The notes beneath the pieces were generated by a model. The model searched no databases and was not told the DNA's origin. It was given only the letters and a program-made list of their open reading frames with translations. Below are positions 11,071 to 22,945 of a stretch of 64,000 nucleotides of DNA, piece after piece. Source of the DNA: an uncultured Planctomycetota bacterium (GTDB lineage Bacteria > Planctomycetota > Planctomycetia > Isosphaerales > Isosphaeraceae). The stretch is from positions 704,001 through 768,000 of the forward strand of contig CAWJTV010000041.1 of NCBI GenBank assembly GCA_963845755.1, given 5' to 3'. Both the position numbers and the translations under genes were made by a program. How positions within the stretch are numbered: position 1 is the stretch's first letter; each line of letters starts with the position of its first letter.

Positions 11071-11383
11071 CCCTCCACATCATTCCCGGCCGGCCCGACT
11101 GCGCCGGAATCATGGCTCGACCGCCACATTCGGATTTGTCAGTGACACAATACCCCCTCGAGAGGGCGCCTGCAAGGAGCCACAACCTTGCTCGGCACCG
11201 TGGCCGCGGTCACGTTCCGGGGGTATCCTGTTAAGGATAGATCAATTGGGAAGCCCATTTCCTTTCAAGGCGGGAACACCATGGTCGTGTCGGTTGTGAG
11301 AGATTAATGACCGGATGTGCCCATGAAGAATCCGCCATTGGCGCGCGGTTCGCAACCCTGGACGTCCTTGAGGTTGAAGACCG

Positions 11384-14300
11384 ATGAGGATTTCATTCAA
11401 GAGCCTGCGCCGGCTGGGTCTTGGCCTGCTGATCGCGCTCACTCTGATTCTGGTCGTCCTGTGGCTCTGGGTGATCCCGGCGGTCATCAAGGCCGGGATC
11501 CGAGAGCACTATGACGGGGACTTTGCATTCAAGGGATGGTGGATCGGCCGCTCCTCAGCCGGAGTGACCGGTCTGACGTTGCATGAAGGTCCCTCGCCCA
11601 ACTCGCCGGTCTGGGCCCGCGTCGAACGGGTCACGACCGACCTCACCCTGGGTGGGCTGTTGCGTGGCCGGTTCACCCCGCGGCGGATTGTCTTTCGTCA
11701 GCCGTCCATCCAGTTTCGGATCGACGCCAAGGGGAATCCGCTCACGAACCTTCCGATCCGCCGCGACGGGGGTGGCGCATTCCCCGAATTGATCGTCGCG
11801 GACGGTGCGCTCTCGCTTGGACAGTCGGACCGGCCGGAAATGCACGTTGCGCACCTCAACGGCGGCATGACTCCCGACCCGGCCGGGCCGTCATTCCAGG
11901 TGAAGGCCGACGATCCGAGTTGGGGAAATCCGGCCCTGCGCGGTCACTTCAGCCGCGACTTCGCCGCGTTCGAATTCCGGTTGACGGCCGACGACCTCGT
12001 GGCCGACCCGGATAGGTACGCCCGCATCCCCTTCGTGGATGAGAACGTCTGGAACTATTGCGATCCCGCGGGACCGGTCGGAGTCGTGCTGGAAATGGTG
12101 CAGCCCCCCGCGGGATCGGGTCCGCTGGAAGTCCGGACGACCGTGACCTTCGAGCAGACGCGTGTCACCCTGCCCAGTCTCGGCCTGGTCGGCGAACAGG
12201 CGACCGGCCGGGTGACGATCCGGGACAATGTCGTCGGGTTGGATGACGTACAAGGCCGGATCGCCGGTGGCCGGGTGACATTCAATGGTACTCTGGATTT
12301 CGCCCACGAGCCCATCCGTTATCGACTGGCCCTGGCCCTTGATGGAGTTGACCTGTCCGCGTTGCCGGCATCGTGGCGGAGCGATCGCGCGGGAATCCAC
12401 GGCCAGTTCACCGGTTCAGCCGACCTGCGGATTGCCCTGATGCCGCAAGGGCTCGACCTGACGGGCTCGTCGAGCTCGGGCCGAATCGACAGGGCCGACG
12501 TCCGGGGAATTCCGCTCCAGGGGCTGGACCTGAACCTCCGGGCCGAGGGACTGCAACCGCTCGACCCATCCGCCCGGGTGCGAAGCGAGTTGTTCCTCCC
12601 GCAGTGGGTGGCCGCGGAGTTTCGGGTTCGCGACGTCGAGCTGGAGCGGGCGCTGGCGCAGGTCGAATCGTCGTCGACCCGCGCCAATCGCGACGTCCCG
12701 GTCTCCGGCCGTCTGGCCCTGGAGGCGACCGCGAGGCTGCCACTGGGGGCTCTGGAGGAGATGAAGGCTTATACCGTCCGGGGCGCGGCGGACCTGGCGG
12801 GTGCGTCGATCGGCGGCCTGGACCTCGGACGGTTGAAAGCGCGGTTCGATATGAAGGAGGGCGTGCTGGAGGTCGCCGACCTGCGTGGCCGGCTGGTCGA
12901 TCGGGGATCCCCGGGAGCGACCGATCCTCCCGAGGCCGATGGGCCCCTGCCCCCAGGCGGTTTCCGCGGCCGGGTTCGGGCGGATCTGTCGGGCGATCGG
13001 AAGATCCATGTGGACTTCGACGTCGCGGAGCTGCCCATCCGTGAACTCCTCGCGCCAGTTTCCTCCCGCGACCTGCCGCTCTCCGGCCGGGTCACGCTCC
13101 AGGCTTCCGCCGACGTGCGCGGGCCTGCACTGTCCGATCCTCGGGCCTGGACCGGCTCCGGACGCGCCCGCGTTCCCGAAGTCACTTACCAGAAGACGAC
13201 ACTTCGCGACGTCTCGACCACGTTCTCGATCGGGCACGGCCGGCTCGCGCTCTCGGACGTGAAGGCGCGGCTGGGCGATGATCCACTCCAGGGACGGTGC
13301 GGGATCGATCTGGCGGAGCCCTGGGCTTTTGAAGGGGAGCTGAATACAGGTGATCTTCCGTTGCGCGACCTGGTCGCTTTGGTCCCTCACGTCCCGGAGA
13401 ATTTCCCCGTCTCGGGCACAATCGCGGGCCGCGGGACGGCCCGGGGCACGATCCGGCCATGGCGGATTGAGAGCTCGGGCGAGGCGCGGATCCTCCACGC
13501 TCAGGGAGGCCGGTTCTCCATCGGCGATGTGCCGATCCGTTGGACGACTTCGGACGAGAACATCCTCCTTTCGGCGCAGGAGATCCAGCGCGATGGCGGC
13601 CGGATCGCGGCCGAGGCGCGGGTACCGGTCCGCGGCGACTTGCCCATCGAGGGGACGATCCACTTGAAGCACGTTGACGCGGCCGAGCTTACAGCCGAGT
13701 TCCCGGCGTCGTGGAAGATGACCGGCCGGGCCGACGGTCAAGGCCGGTTCCGGCTGCGGCCCGGCGCGGGCGGCCACGGCCCGGATGTGGAGGGAGAAGC
13801 CCAACTCTCGGCCGACGAACTGACTGTCCGCGGCATGCCCGCCGACGCAGTGGGGATCTCGCTGACCATGCGCGACGGCGTCCCCAGATTTGACTTTCAG
13901 GCCGAGGGACTCGGCGGCTCCATTCATGTGTCGGGCGACGCGCATCTCGCCAAGGACCCGAAGGACGACGAGGTGCACGCCGAGGTGAAGGCCATCGCCG
14001 TGCAGCTTTTCGACATCTGGGATGCGCTGGGCACCAGCAGCGGCATCACGGCGCTGCGGGGTCGAGGAAACCTCAAAGGTCAGTTGCGGGCCCATACAAA
14101 CTTCAAGGACATCCGGGCGAACGGCGAGGTCGACCTGGACGAGCTGGTCTGGGGCTATGACTACCGGCTGGGACGGCTTCACGCCCAATTGAGTAGGGCC
14201 CCTGATGGATGGCGGATCGGTCCGCTCGGCGGCGAACTTTGGGGCAGTCCGGTCAAGGGCGAAGGGATCTGGGCGGAGCATCCCGAAGGGGGACGGTCGC

Positions 14301-15256
14301 GATTCGGCTTCGACCTTCGTCTCGATCGGATCGCGCTGTTGCGCGGCCTGGCCTTCTGGCCCGAGGGCGATCGGCGGTTCGGGGGGTTCGGCTCGTTGCG
14401 GGTCACCGGCAAGTCGTACGATGCCTTCCGGGGTACCGCCGAATTTCGCGTCGATCGGGGGCTGGTCAACGGACTGGAATTGACCGAACTCCGTGCGCCG
14501 GCCGATTGGTCGTTCACCACCCAGGGATCCCGGCGAGGAACCCTCCGGATTCAGAAGGCGGCCGGGAAGCTCGCCGGGGGCCGTGTCGGCGGCGACGCCC
14601 AGATCGCGCTGGGCGACCGGCGTGACTTCCGCGCCAAGCTGTTCGTCGACGACGTCGACCTCCGCGTGATGAGCCGGGACGAGGTGGCGAACCGGTCGGT
14701 CCCGGGGCGGATCTCCGGGTTCGCGACCGTTTACGGGACCGACCCGCTCCAGCCGGCCAGCTACCGCGGTGAGCTGGATTTCGACCTGGTCCAGGCCTCG
14801 CTGGTCGACATCCCGCTCCTGGACGAGCTGGACCGCTCGCTCGGCTCGGCCCAGGGCGGGGTGTTCGACGAAGGGGACCTGCATGGCCTCATCGCCGACC
14901 AGCGGCTCCGCATCGATCGCCTGACCCTCATCGGCCCCTTGGCCCAGGTCCACGCCACCGGCTGGCTCGATTTCGACGGCCGGCTCAACCTGGAGGTCGT
15001 CGTCAATACCAACCGAGGGATCCCCGCGGCCGGCCAGGCGTTCCTCGCGCAGGCCCCCAACGTCGCCGAGACCGTCGAGCGCCGGGCGGCGGCGATTGAC
15101 CAGGTCGCTGATTTCCTCTCCTCGCGATTGTTGATGTTCCGGATCACGGGGACCCTCCGCGATCCCGTCGCCAGCGTTGACCGCTCGATCAACGCCCGCG
15201 CCGCCATCGGTTTTTTCCTCAGGGCCATGAGACTGTCGATGCAGTCGCGGAGATGA
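11384..15256 (+). CDS. AsmA-like envelope protein
   Basis: 1290 aa, N-terminal TM anchor, repetitive beta-rich body, AsmA-type C-terminus (ATGWLDFDGRLNL...FRITGTLRDP). Confidence 0.8.
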   Translation: MRISFKSLRRLGLGLLIALTLILVVLWLWVIPAVIKAGIREHYDGDFAFKGWWIGRSSAGVTGLTLHEGPSPNSPVWARVERVTTDLTLGGLLRGRFTPRRIVFRQPSIQFRIDAKGNPLTNLPIRRDGGGAFPELIVADGALSLGQSDRPEMHVAHLNGGMTPDPAGPSFQVKADDPSWGNPALRGHFSRDFAAFEFRLTADDLVADPDRYARIPFVDENVWNYCDPAGPVGVVLEMVQPPAGSGPLEVRTTVTFEQTRVTLPSLGLVGEQATGRVTIRDNVVGLDDVQGRIAGGRVTFNGTLDFAHEPIRYRLALALDGVDLSALPASWRSDRAGIHGQFTGSADLRIALMPQGLDLTGSSSSGRIDRADVRGIPLQGLDLNLRAEGLQPLDPSARVRSELFLPQWVAAEFRVRDVELERALAQVESSSTRANRDVPVSGRLALEATARLPLGALEEMKAYTVRGAADLAGASIGGLDLGRLKARFDMKEGVLEVADLRGRLVDRGSPGATDPPEADGPLPPGGFRGRVRADLSGDRKIHVDFDVAELPIRELLAPVSSRDLPLSGRVTLQASADVRGPALSDPRAWTGSGRARVPEVTYQKTTLRDVSTTFSIGHGRLALSDVKARLGDDPLQGRCGIDLAEPWAFEGELNTGDLPLRDLVALVPHVPENFPVSGTIAGRGTARGTIRPWRIESSGEARILHAQGGRFSIGDVPIRWTTSDENILLSAQEIQRDGGRIAAEARVPVRGDLPIEGTIHLKHVDAAELTAEFPASWKMTGRADGQGRFRLRPGAGGHGPDVEGEAQLSADELTVRGMPADAVGISLTMRDGVPRFDFQAEGLGGSIHVSGDAHLAKDPKDDEVHAEVKAIAVQLFDIWDALGTSSGITALRGRGNLKGQLRAHTNFKDIRANGEVDLDELVWGYDYRLGRLHAQLSRAPDGWRIGPLGGELWGSPVKGEGIWAEHPEGGRSRFGFDLRLDRIALLRGLAFWPEGDRRFGGFGSLRVTGKSYDAFRGTAEFRVDRGLVNGLELTELRAPADWSFTTQGSRRGTLRIQKAAGKLAGGRVGGDAQIALGDRRDFRAKLFVDDVDLRVMSRDEVANRSVPGRISGFATVYGTDPLQPASYRGELDFDLVQASLVDIPLLDELDRSLGSAQGGVFDEGDLHGLIADQRLRIDRLTLIGPLAQVHATGWLDFDGRLNLEVVVNTNRGIPAAGQAFLAQAPNVAETVERRAAAIDQVADFLSSRLLMFRITGTLRDPVASVDRSINARAAIGFFLRAMRLSMQSRR

Positions 15257-15359
15257 GCAGGTCGCGCCGAAAGATTTTTCGAAAAGAATCAGGTCCGTGG
15301 ACGTCACTCGCTGCATAGTAGTGAGGACTGCATCGAAGATCACGGCGGGGCGCACGACC

Positions 15360-17008
15360 ATGGGAAAGGGACAATCCGGCGGCTCATTGCGGCAATTGCG
15401 AGCCCTGTTCGCGGCCGGCACGGCGACGGGGCTGTCCGACAGCGAGCTCCTCGAGCGGTACAGGGCCAAACGGGCCGAGTCGGCCGAGGCCGCGGCAGGG
15501 GCGGAAATCGCCTTCGCGGCCCTGATGGATCGCCACGGAGCGATGGTCTGGGGGGTCTGCCGGCGCGTGCTCGGCGATACGCACGAGGCGGAGGACGCCT
15601 TCCAGGCTACCTTCCTCGTCCTCGTGCGTAAGGCCGGATCGGTGCGGGTGGATGGGTCCCTCGGCCGATGGCTCTATGGGGTCGCCCACCGCGTCGCGCT
15701 TCGGGCGCGGTCCGAATCTCGGCGCCGAGGGTCCGGGATCGGCCGCGTTCCGCCCACGTCGTCCGATGATCCCGCAGGCGACGCGGAACTCGGAGAGCTC
15801 CGCAACGTCGTCGGTGAGGAACTGGACCGGCTACCGGCGAAGTACCGATGCCCGGTCGAGCTCTGCCACCTCCAGGGGATGACTTATGACCAGGCGGCCC
15901 GGCAGCTCGACTGGCCGGTGGCGACCGTCAAGAGCCGACTGACCAAGGGCCGGCTCAGGTTACGGGCGAGGCTGGCACATCGCGGCCTCGCGCCCGGTAC
16001 TGTCGTTGCCGGAATGGCTTCGGTACTCACCCGAGAAGCCCGGGCGGCCGTTCCCCAGCAACTCGTTCGATCCACGGCTCGTGTGGCAACGGCGTGCGCC
16101 CCCGGCGCGTTAACGGCGGCGGTCTTTGATCTTACCGAAGGAGTCCTGAAGATGATGATGTGGGAGAAGCTCAGGCTGGTCGCGGTCGGCACCCTCGTCG
16201 CCGTCGGCCTGACGGCCCAGGCCCTGTCGCAGCAGGCGCCGAAGGATGAGATTCGCGCAGCGCGGCCGCCCCAGGTCGTGGTGCAACCCGCCGAGAAACC
16301 GAACGACAAGCCGGCGGGCGATCGCCGATGGGTACGGAGCCTGTCGAGCGGAGCCCTCATCGAGATTGTCGGGGTTTCCTCCTTTCCCTCCGGACCCGAT
16401 ACCTGGTGGCGTCCCGACGGGACGCCGTTACCGAAAGCGCCCTGTGACCCGGTCGAGCCGAGGATCTCGGGGGAGAACGCCGTCCGTGTTTTGGTTGTGG
16501 TGCGCGAGGCGCGCATTCCCGAGGGCGCCGACCATCAGTGGTCGATCACCGAGGCTCGGGGCGCAGCCTGGGGGCCCGCTCTGCGAGACGGCAAACCTTT
16601 ACCCGATCTGACCGAGATGACGGCCCTGCTCCCGACCGATGCAAGCACGTGCACGGTCCATTTCAAAGTCGCGGCCGGTCCCTGGAAGACGATCCAGAAA
16701 TGGGGGAAGGGGGCGGGCGTATCGGCGGAATCGACGCGAGTTTCATCTTCGGTGACACAATCGCAACCAAGAAGGGGACGACCTTATCGGTCACTCATGA
16801 CATCCTGGAAAAATCCTTGCGGCTCGTCGCGATCGACAGCCAGGGCGAGGAAGTCCCGGGGAAGACCCGGTCGGCCACCTCGGTGAAGGACTTCAGGCAG
16901 ATCGTCGTCGAGTTCGACCAGACCCCCGAGCAGATCAAGGAATTCCGGATCCAGACCCGGACCTATGAAGAGGTTGAGATTCCACGGATCGCTCTCAAAC
17001 GCAAATAA
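15360..17008 (+). CDS. ECF sigma-70 factor with TM helix and C-terminal extension (indel near 16712)
   Basis: LSDSELLERY, AEDAFQATFLVLVRKA, LPAKYRCPVELCHLQG, TVKSRL; TM segment; extension continues in ORF 16538..17008. Confidence 0.88.
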
Positions 17009-17376
17009 ACCGCCCGGAAGCGAGGAATGCCATCTCGAGCACCTCACGGTTGCATTGCACACGGGAGGTAGGGTGCTTTGTGAGCACGGATCCCCACGTC
17101 AGGCCCGCGTTGGTACTCCCGGCGCGGCCCGGCCGCAACGGATCAAGACCGATTCACCAAGAAATCCGGATGAGCCAATCCCTTCACGACACAGGCGCAG
17201 AGATCACCCGGACGCTCCATGTTATCGCCGAGCGGTCAGGTGTCCGGCCCGACGAGATCGCAAGCGATTCAGCAGGCATCGCATCGCCCTCTCGAACGGA
17301 TGCGACGAAGCCGTTATGATTGAGAGGCGTGGAAGGTGGGACGAACCGACGTCGGAACCTTGAGAGCGCGCGATCG

Positions 17377-18744
17377 ATGCCGATTCAGTTTCAATGTGCC
17401 TGCGGCAAGAAGTTGCAAGCCGATGACGCGCTCGCGGGCCGGATGACGCGATGTCCGCAATGCCAGGCCGTTCTCAAGATCCCCAGGCCGGAAGTCGATC
17501 GGGAGTCCGCCGCGGACGTGATTCCGCCGGCGCCGGCTCCCGAGCCGGGAGCCGGCGTGGGTCCCCCGGCGTTGTACGATCCCGAGCCGCCGGCCCGGCA
17601 GCCGATCTCACTCACGATGACGGCCGTCCCGCCGATCGATGATCCCACGTCGAACACGGCAGCTTCCGGGCCGGCTCTGCCGGCCTCGGGATCGTTCCGC
17701 GAGTATGCGTACCTGCTTCTTGGGCTGGCGCTGATCCCGCTATTCTTTTCGCTGCTCGGCGAGGACGACTCCCAGACGACGATCGTGCAACGCATTGATG
17801 CGACGCTCAAAGAGGCGACGCCGGAACAGCGCCAGCGCGTCCAGCCGATCCTCACGAAGGAGGACGGTGTGAGCCTGGACGATCTGCTCCGGGCGATGCC
17901 CGAGGGGAAGCTCCTGGGCGCCCACCTGCCCCGCGACTCGGCGATGCACTGGATGTATGCCGCGGTCACCGCCGCCGGCTTCCTGATCCTGACCCTCGCG
18001 TTCTTCTCCGTCGAGCGGGCCAACCCGCTCCACCTGCTGGGCATCGGCCTGTTCACGGGCACCGTGGGCATCGTCTTCCTGATCCTGGTCCAATTCTGCT
18101 CGCAGTTCCGCGTCGGCCGGATCTATGGCCGAGGCTGGGTGGCCCTGATCATGCTGATCCTGATGTTCATCGGATGGTCGTACCACTCGGCGCTCGATCC
18201 GAAAAGCAATCTGGTCTGGAGCGCGATCGGGTTCACCTTCGGGGTCGGCCTTTGCGAGGAGCTGACCAAGGCGATTCCGCTGTTCTTCTACCTCCAGCGC
18301 GACGCGGCCATGGGCTGGCGCGGGGCGTGCCTCTGGGGACTGGCTTCCGGCGTCGGCTTCGGGGTCTCCGAGGGGATCATGTACTCGGGCGACCACTACA
18401 ACGGGATCAGCGGCGGCGAGATCTACATCGTCCGATTCGTCTCGTGCGTGGCCCTGCATGCGATGTGGGCCGCATCGGTCGGGATCGCGATCGCGCGGCA
18501 CATCGATGAGTATGAGAGCGTGTCCGACAAGGGCCAGTTCGCCCTGTTCATGCTGCGCATGCTGGCGGTGCCGATGGTGCTCCACGGACTGTATGACACG
18601 CTGCTCAAGAAGGACATGAACGTGTGGGCCCTGGTTGTCGCGGTCATCTCGTTCGGCTGGCTGGCGATGCAGATCGAGATGGCTCGGGCCACGCAGCCGG
18701 GTGCGGGAGTCGTCGGAAAACGGAAGCGGCGGCTGGCCTATTGA
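17377..18744 (+). CDS. PrsW-family intramembrane glutamic protease with N-terminal zinc ribbon
   Basis: CACG...CPQC; GLCEELTKA, GFGVSE, HAMW, HGLYD motifs. Confidence 0.85.
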   Translation: MPIQFQCACGKKLQADDALAGRMTRCPQCQAVLKIPRPEVDRESAADVIPPAPAPEPGAGVGPPALYDPEPPARQPISLTMTAVPPIDDPTSNTAASGPALPASGSFREYAYLLLGLALIPLFFSLLGEDDSQTTIVQRIDATLKEATPEQRQRVQPILTKEDGVSLDDLLRAMPEGKLLGAHLPRDSAMHWMYAAVTAAGFLILTLAFFSVERANPLHLLGIGLFTGTVGIVFLILVQFCSQFRVGRIYGRGWVALIMLILMFIGWSYHSALDPKSNLVWSAIGFTFGVGLCEELTKAIPLFFYLQRDAAMGWRGACLWGLASGVGFGVSEGIMYSGDHYNGISGGEIYIVRFVSCVALHAMWAASVGIAIARHIDEYESVSDKGQFALFMLRMLAVPMVLHGLYDTLLKKDMNVWALVVAVISFGWLAMQIEMARATQPGAGVVGKRKRRLAY

Positions 18745-18804
18745 GGTCGAGGAATCCATCCCGCACGGCTCGTCGAGATTCTCTTCCAGGGAGCCATCCA
18801 GGTC

Positions 18805-19380
18805 ATGTCACTCGATATCCTCATCATCTACGGGTCAGTCCGCCGCGATCGCCAGGGGATCCGCGGCGCGGTTCATCCTCGAGACCTGCCGGGCGCGGGG
18901 CCATCACGCGACGCTGGTCGACCCCGTCGAGGAGCGTCTTCCGCTCCTGGACCGGATGTACAAGGAATACGCGGCCGGTGCGGCTCCCGAGGCACTCGAG
19001 CGCCTGGCAGGCCGGATCAAGGCCGCCGACGCCTTCATCATCGTCTCGGGCGAGTACAACCACAGCATCCCGCCGGCGCTCTCGAACCTCCTCGACCACT
19101 TCCTGGAAGAGTACTTCTGGCGGCCCTCCGCGATCGTCTGCTATTCGGCCGGCGCATTCGGCGGCGTGAGGGCGGCGATGCAGTTGCGGGCGATGCTCTG
19201 CGAGCTGGGGACCCCGAGCATTCCCTCCTTGCTCCCGGTCCCGCGCGTGCAAGACGCCTTCGACGACGAGGGCCGTCCTCTCGACGAATCCTACCCTAAG
19301 CGCGCCGGCCGGTTCCTGGACGAGCTGGAATGGTATGCCAATGCCCTGAAGGCCGCGCGCAGGCCGGCGTGCCGTATTGA
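18805..19380 (+). CDS. NADPH-dependent FMN reductase (indels near 18870 and 19360)
   Basis: IIYGSVRRDRQG; ADAFIIVSGEYNHSIPPALSN; YSAGAFGGVRA. Confidence 0.85.
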
Positions 19381-19705
19381 GAGGATTTACGAGGTGGCTC
19401 CGCCGCGGCGTGTCGCCGGACGCCGGCTCGCAGGGGGACGGATTCCGTCGCCGACTCGGCCTCGGCACCCGCGATCGCTTTGACGCAGGGGGTGCCGACC
19501 GACCAGGATGATCCAACCGCCCGCTCGCGGCGGCTCCGGCGGCACGATAGAATCGACGTTCGGCATGAGGGGAGCGCGTGGATGACCTGGCCTCGCCGGT
19601 CTGTCCAGTCCCGCCTCGGGAAGAATCCATGGCGTCTGGTCTCTTGTCGCCACCAACCGACTCCGGTGCGGATCGGAACCTCGATTCGAATCGAAAGGGA
19701 ATACC

Positions 19706-21444
19706 GTGTTGCAGACGAGACGGAAACCCATTCGACGAAGGGACTCGGCCCTGGTCGTCCTCGTGGTCCTGGTCCTGAACCTGACCGCCTGGCTCGCCGC
19801 TCCCGCGTTCGGGTCCGACCCCTGGGTCGTCTACAAGGGCTCGGACGGGCCGGGCAAGGGGAAGCAGGTCGTCCTGGTCAGCGGCGACGAGGAGTATCGC
19901 TCCGAGGAGGCCCTGCCGCAACTGGCCAAGATCCTCGCCACGCGACACGGATTCACGTGCACGGTGCTCTTCGCCATCGGCAAGGACGGAACGATCGACC
20001 CGAACCAGGGCGACAACATCCCCGGCCTCGAGGCACTTCGCTCGGCCGACCTGATGATTATTGCCACAAGGTTCCGCGACCTGCCCGACGACCAGATGAA
20101 GGACATGGTCGCCTACATCGAATCGGGCCGCCCGATCATCGGCATGCGGACCGCGACCCACGCCTTCAACCTCAAGAGCAAGACCTATGCGGATTACTCG
20201 TGGAACAGCAAGGCGTGGGTCGGCGGGTTTGGCCGTCAGGTGCTGGGTGAGACGTGGGTGAATCATCACGGGCACCACGGCAAGGAGAGCACGCGCGGGA
20301 TGATCGCGCCCGGAGCGAAGGATCATCCAATCCTCCGCGGGATCCAGGACGGCGACATCTGGGGGCCGACCGACGTCTATGAAGCCCATCCGCCCGCCGA
20401 CTGCAAGCCGCTGGTCCTCGGCCAGGTGCTCAAGGGGATGAAGCCGGCCGACGAGCCGGTCGCGGGCAAGAAGAACGATCCGATGATGCCCGTCGCCTGG
20501 GTGAAGACCTACACGGGTAAGTCCGGGAAATCCGCGCACATCTTCACCACCACCATGGGGGCCGCGACCGACCTCGAGAGCGAGGGCACGCGCCGGCTGC
20601 TGGTCAACGCCATCTACTGGGCCGTCGGGCTCGAGGACAAGATCCCCGCGCGGACCGACGTGACTCTCGTCGGCGAGTATCACCCCCTGCCCTTCGGCTT
20701 CAACGGGGCCAAGAAGGGTGTCAAGCCCGAGCATCACCTCGTTCCGAGTGCCGCCCCGCAGGCGGCCGACAGTTCCAGCGCGACGTCCGACCTGGTGTTG
20801 CCGAAAGCTTTCCTGAACGGGACCGGGCCGGGCTGGAAGGCGCTCGGTCAGGACGACTTCGCGCGGGTCAACTGCGACCCCGAGACCTGGACGTGGAGGG
20901 ACGGCGTGATCCACTGCACGGGACACCCGGTCGGCGTGCTCCGCACCAGCAAGCCGGTGACCAACTTCGAGCTGGTCGCCGAGTGGAAACACCTCGAATC
21001 GGGCGGGAATTCGGGGATCTTCGTGTGGGCTCCGGAGAAGGCGCATCGAGGGCATCAAGCCGAACTCGTTGCCGCGCGGCGGTATCGAGGTGCAGATCCT
21101 CGACCACGGCTACAAGGACCGCTACGAGAAACGCTCCGGCAAGAAGGCGACCTGGTTCACGACCAACGGCGATGTCTTCGCAGTGGGAACGTCGAAGATG
21201 GCCCCGTTCCCGCCCGTGTCACCCGACGGCAGCCGCAGCTTCCCCCGGAAGAACCTGAGCAAGGGCATCGGCGAGTGGAACCACTATTATGTACGCGGCA
21301 TCAACGGCGAGGTCCGGCTCTGGGTCAACGGCGAGGAAGTCTCGGGCGGCAGCGGCTGCGAGCCGCGCACGGGGTATCTCTGCCTCGAGTCCGAGGGCGC
21401 CGCCGGTCGAGTTCCGGAACATCCGGATCCGCGAGCTGCCGTAG
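19706..21444 (+). CDS. secreted ThuA-like domain + DUF1080 (3-keto-glycoside hydrolase-like) fusion (indels near 21043 and 21400)
   Basis: [26 protein letters not shown]; then [30 protein letters not shown]. Confidence 0.8.
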
Positions 21445-21451
21445 GCCATCA

Positions 21452-21542
21452 CGATTCCCGATTCCGGATTCGAGATTCCGGTATCCGGATCCCGGATCCG
21501 GATCCCAGAACGGTGATAATCCGGAATCTCGAATCCGGAATC
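21452..21542. repeat. heptamer (GATTCCG-like) tandem repeats arranged as an inverted pair
   Basis: GATTCCCGATTCCGGATTCGAGATTCCG ... AATCCGGAATCTCGAATCCGGAATC. Confidence 0.7.
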
Positions 21543-21560
21543 CGCCCGAGGAGCGATCTG

Positions 21561-22627
21561 ATGTCGATGCCTTCCGATGACCTGGGTCGAACGCCGGTGG
21601 GTCTGGATCCCGTCCCTGGGCGGCCGGACGCCGCCAGGCAGTTGCCGCCATTGCCCGATCACGACCTGGCGCTGAACCTGGTGCGGACCACGGAAGCGGC
21701 CGCGCTGGGCGCGGCGCGATGGGTGGGCCGGGGTGACAAGAACGCGGCCGACCAGGGGGCCGTCAACGCCATGCGGTTGTTCTTCAACGCCGTGCCCATG
21801 GACGGCGTGGTCGTCATCGGCGAGGGAGAGAAGGACGAGGCGCCGAATGCTCTTCAACGGCGAGCGGATCGGCACGGGCAGCCCGCCGGAGGTGGACGTC
21901 GCCGTCGACCCGATCGACGGCACGCGCCTGGTGGCCCAGGGCCAGGCGAATGCCCTGTCGGTCGTCGCCGTCTCGGAGCGCGGCTCGATGTTCGATCCCG
22001 GTCCGTGCGTGTACATGGAGAAGATCGTCACCGGCCGCGAGGCCGCGACGGCGATCGACATCACGGCCCCGATCGAGACGAACATCAAGAACGTGGCCAA
22101 GGCCAAGCGGATGTCGGTCAGCGACGTGACCATGATGATCCTCGACCGGCCCCGACACGAGGAGGTTGTGGACCGCGTTCGGAAGATGGGGGCGCGCGTC
22201 TATCTCCTGACCGACGGCGACGTCGCCGGTGCCATCACGGCCGCCCGCCGCGGCACGGGCGTGGATCTGCTCTACGGGATCGGCGGCACGCCCGAGGGGG
22301 TCGTCGCCGCCGCCGCGGTCAAGTGCCTCGGCGGAGTCATCCAGGGCCGGCTCTATCCCCGCGACGACGACGAGCGCACAGGCCGCCATCGCGGCCGGCT
22401 ACGACCTCGACCGCGTCCTGACCGAGGACGACCTGGTCAAGGGAGACGACATCTTCTTCGCCTGCACGGGGATCACCGACGGGGCCCTGGTCCAGGGTGT
22501 CCGGTTCTTCACCGATGGGGCCACCACCGAGTCGATCGTGATGCGCGGCAGCACGGGGACCATCCGCGTCATCCGCGGCGAGCACCGCGTCGGAAAGCTC
22601 AAGCAGATCTATGGCGAGGAGCCGTGA
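21561..22627 (+). CDS. glpX: class II fructose-1,6-bisphosphatase (indels near 21845 and 22378)
   Basis: [61 protein letters not shown]. Confidence 0.93.
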
Positions 22628-22673
22628 GCCGCACCTCCTCGACAGCCGGACGTCCCTAGACAAGACTGATGAC

Positions 22674-22847
22674 ATGAAAACGCCCCGCAGACCGCCGTTG
22701 CAAAGATTCCTGCACTTCAGCCTGCGCTCGCTCCTCGTCATGATCCTCGCGGCCGGCCTTGGCGTGGGATGGCCTGTCCGTGGCGCACGGATTCAAATCT
22801 TCCTCCGCAGGATCTCTGCGTCTTCGGCGCATCTGAGAGATCCTTGA
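22674..22847 (+). pseudogene. 5' remnant of a planctomycete 'RFSLRSLL' leader protein
   Basis: MKTPRRPPLQRFLHFSLRSLLVMILAAGLGVGWPVRGARIQ, then stop at the heptamer repeats. Confidence 0.45.
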
Positions 22848-22945
22848 TTCCGAATTCCCGAATCCCGATTCCGAATTCCCGAATCCTTCTTCATCCGGAA
22901 TCTTGAATATTGAACCTCGGCTGGGTCGCGGCGTCGCTTCTGGCC

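Noticed and set aside
12416..15469. 1017 aa minus-strand ORF, and other long antisense ORFs (18824..21058, 26052..27970 part, 355..1509)
   Set aside because: Shadow ORFs opposite well-supported genes in high-GC DNA; no recognisable motifs.
17170..17319. Small ORF MSQSLHDTGAEIT...
   Set aside because: No clear RBS or motif; cannot be supported from sequence alone.
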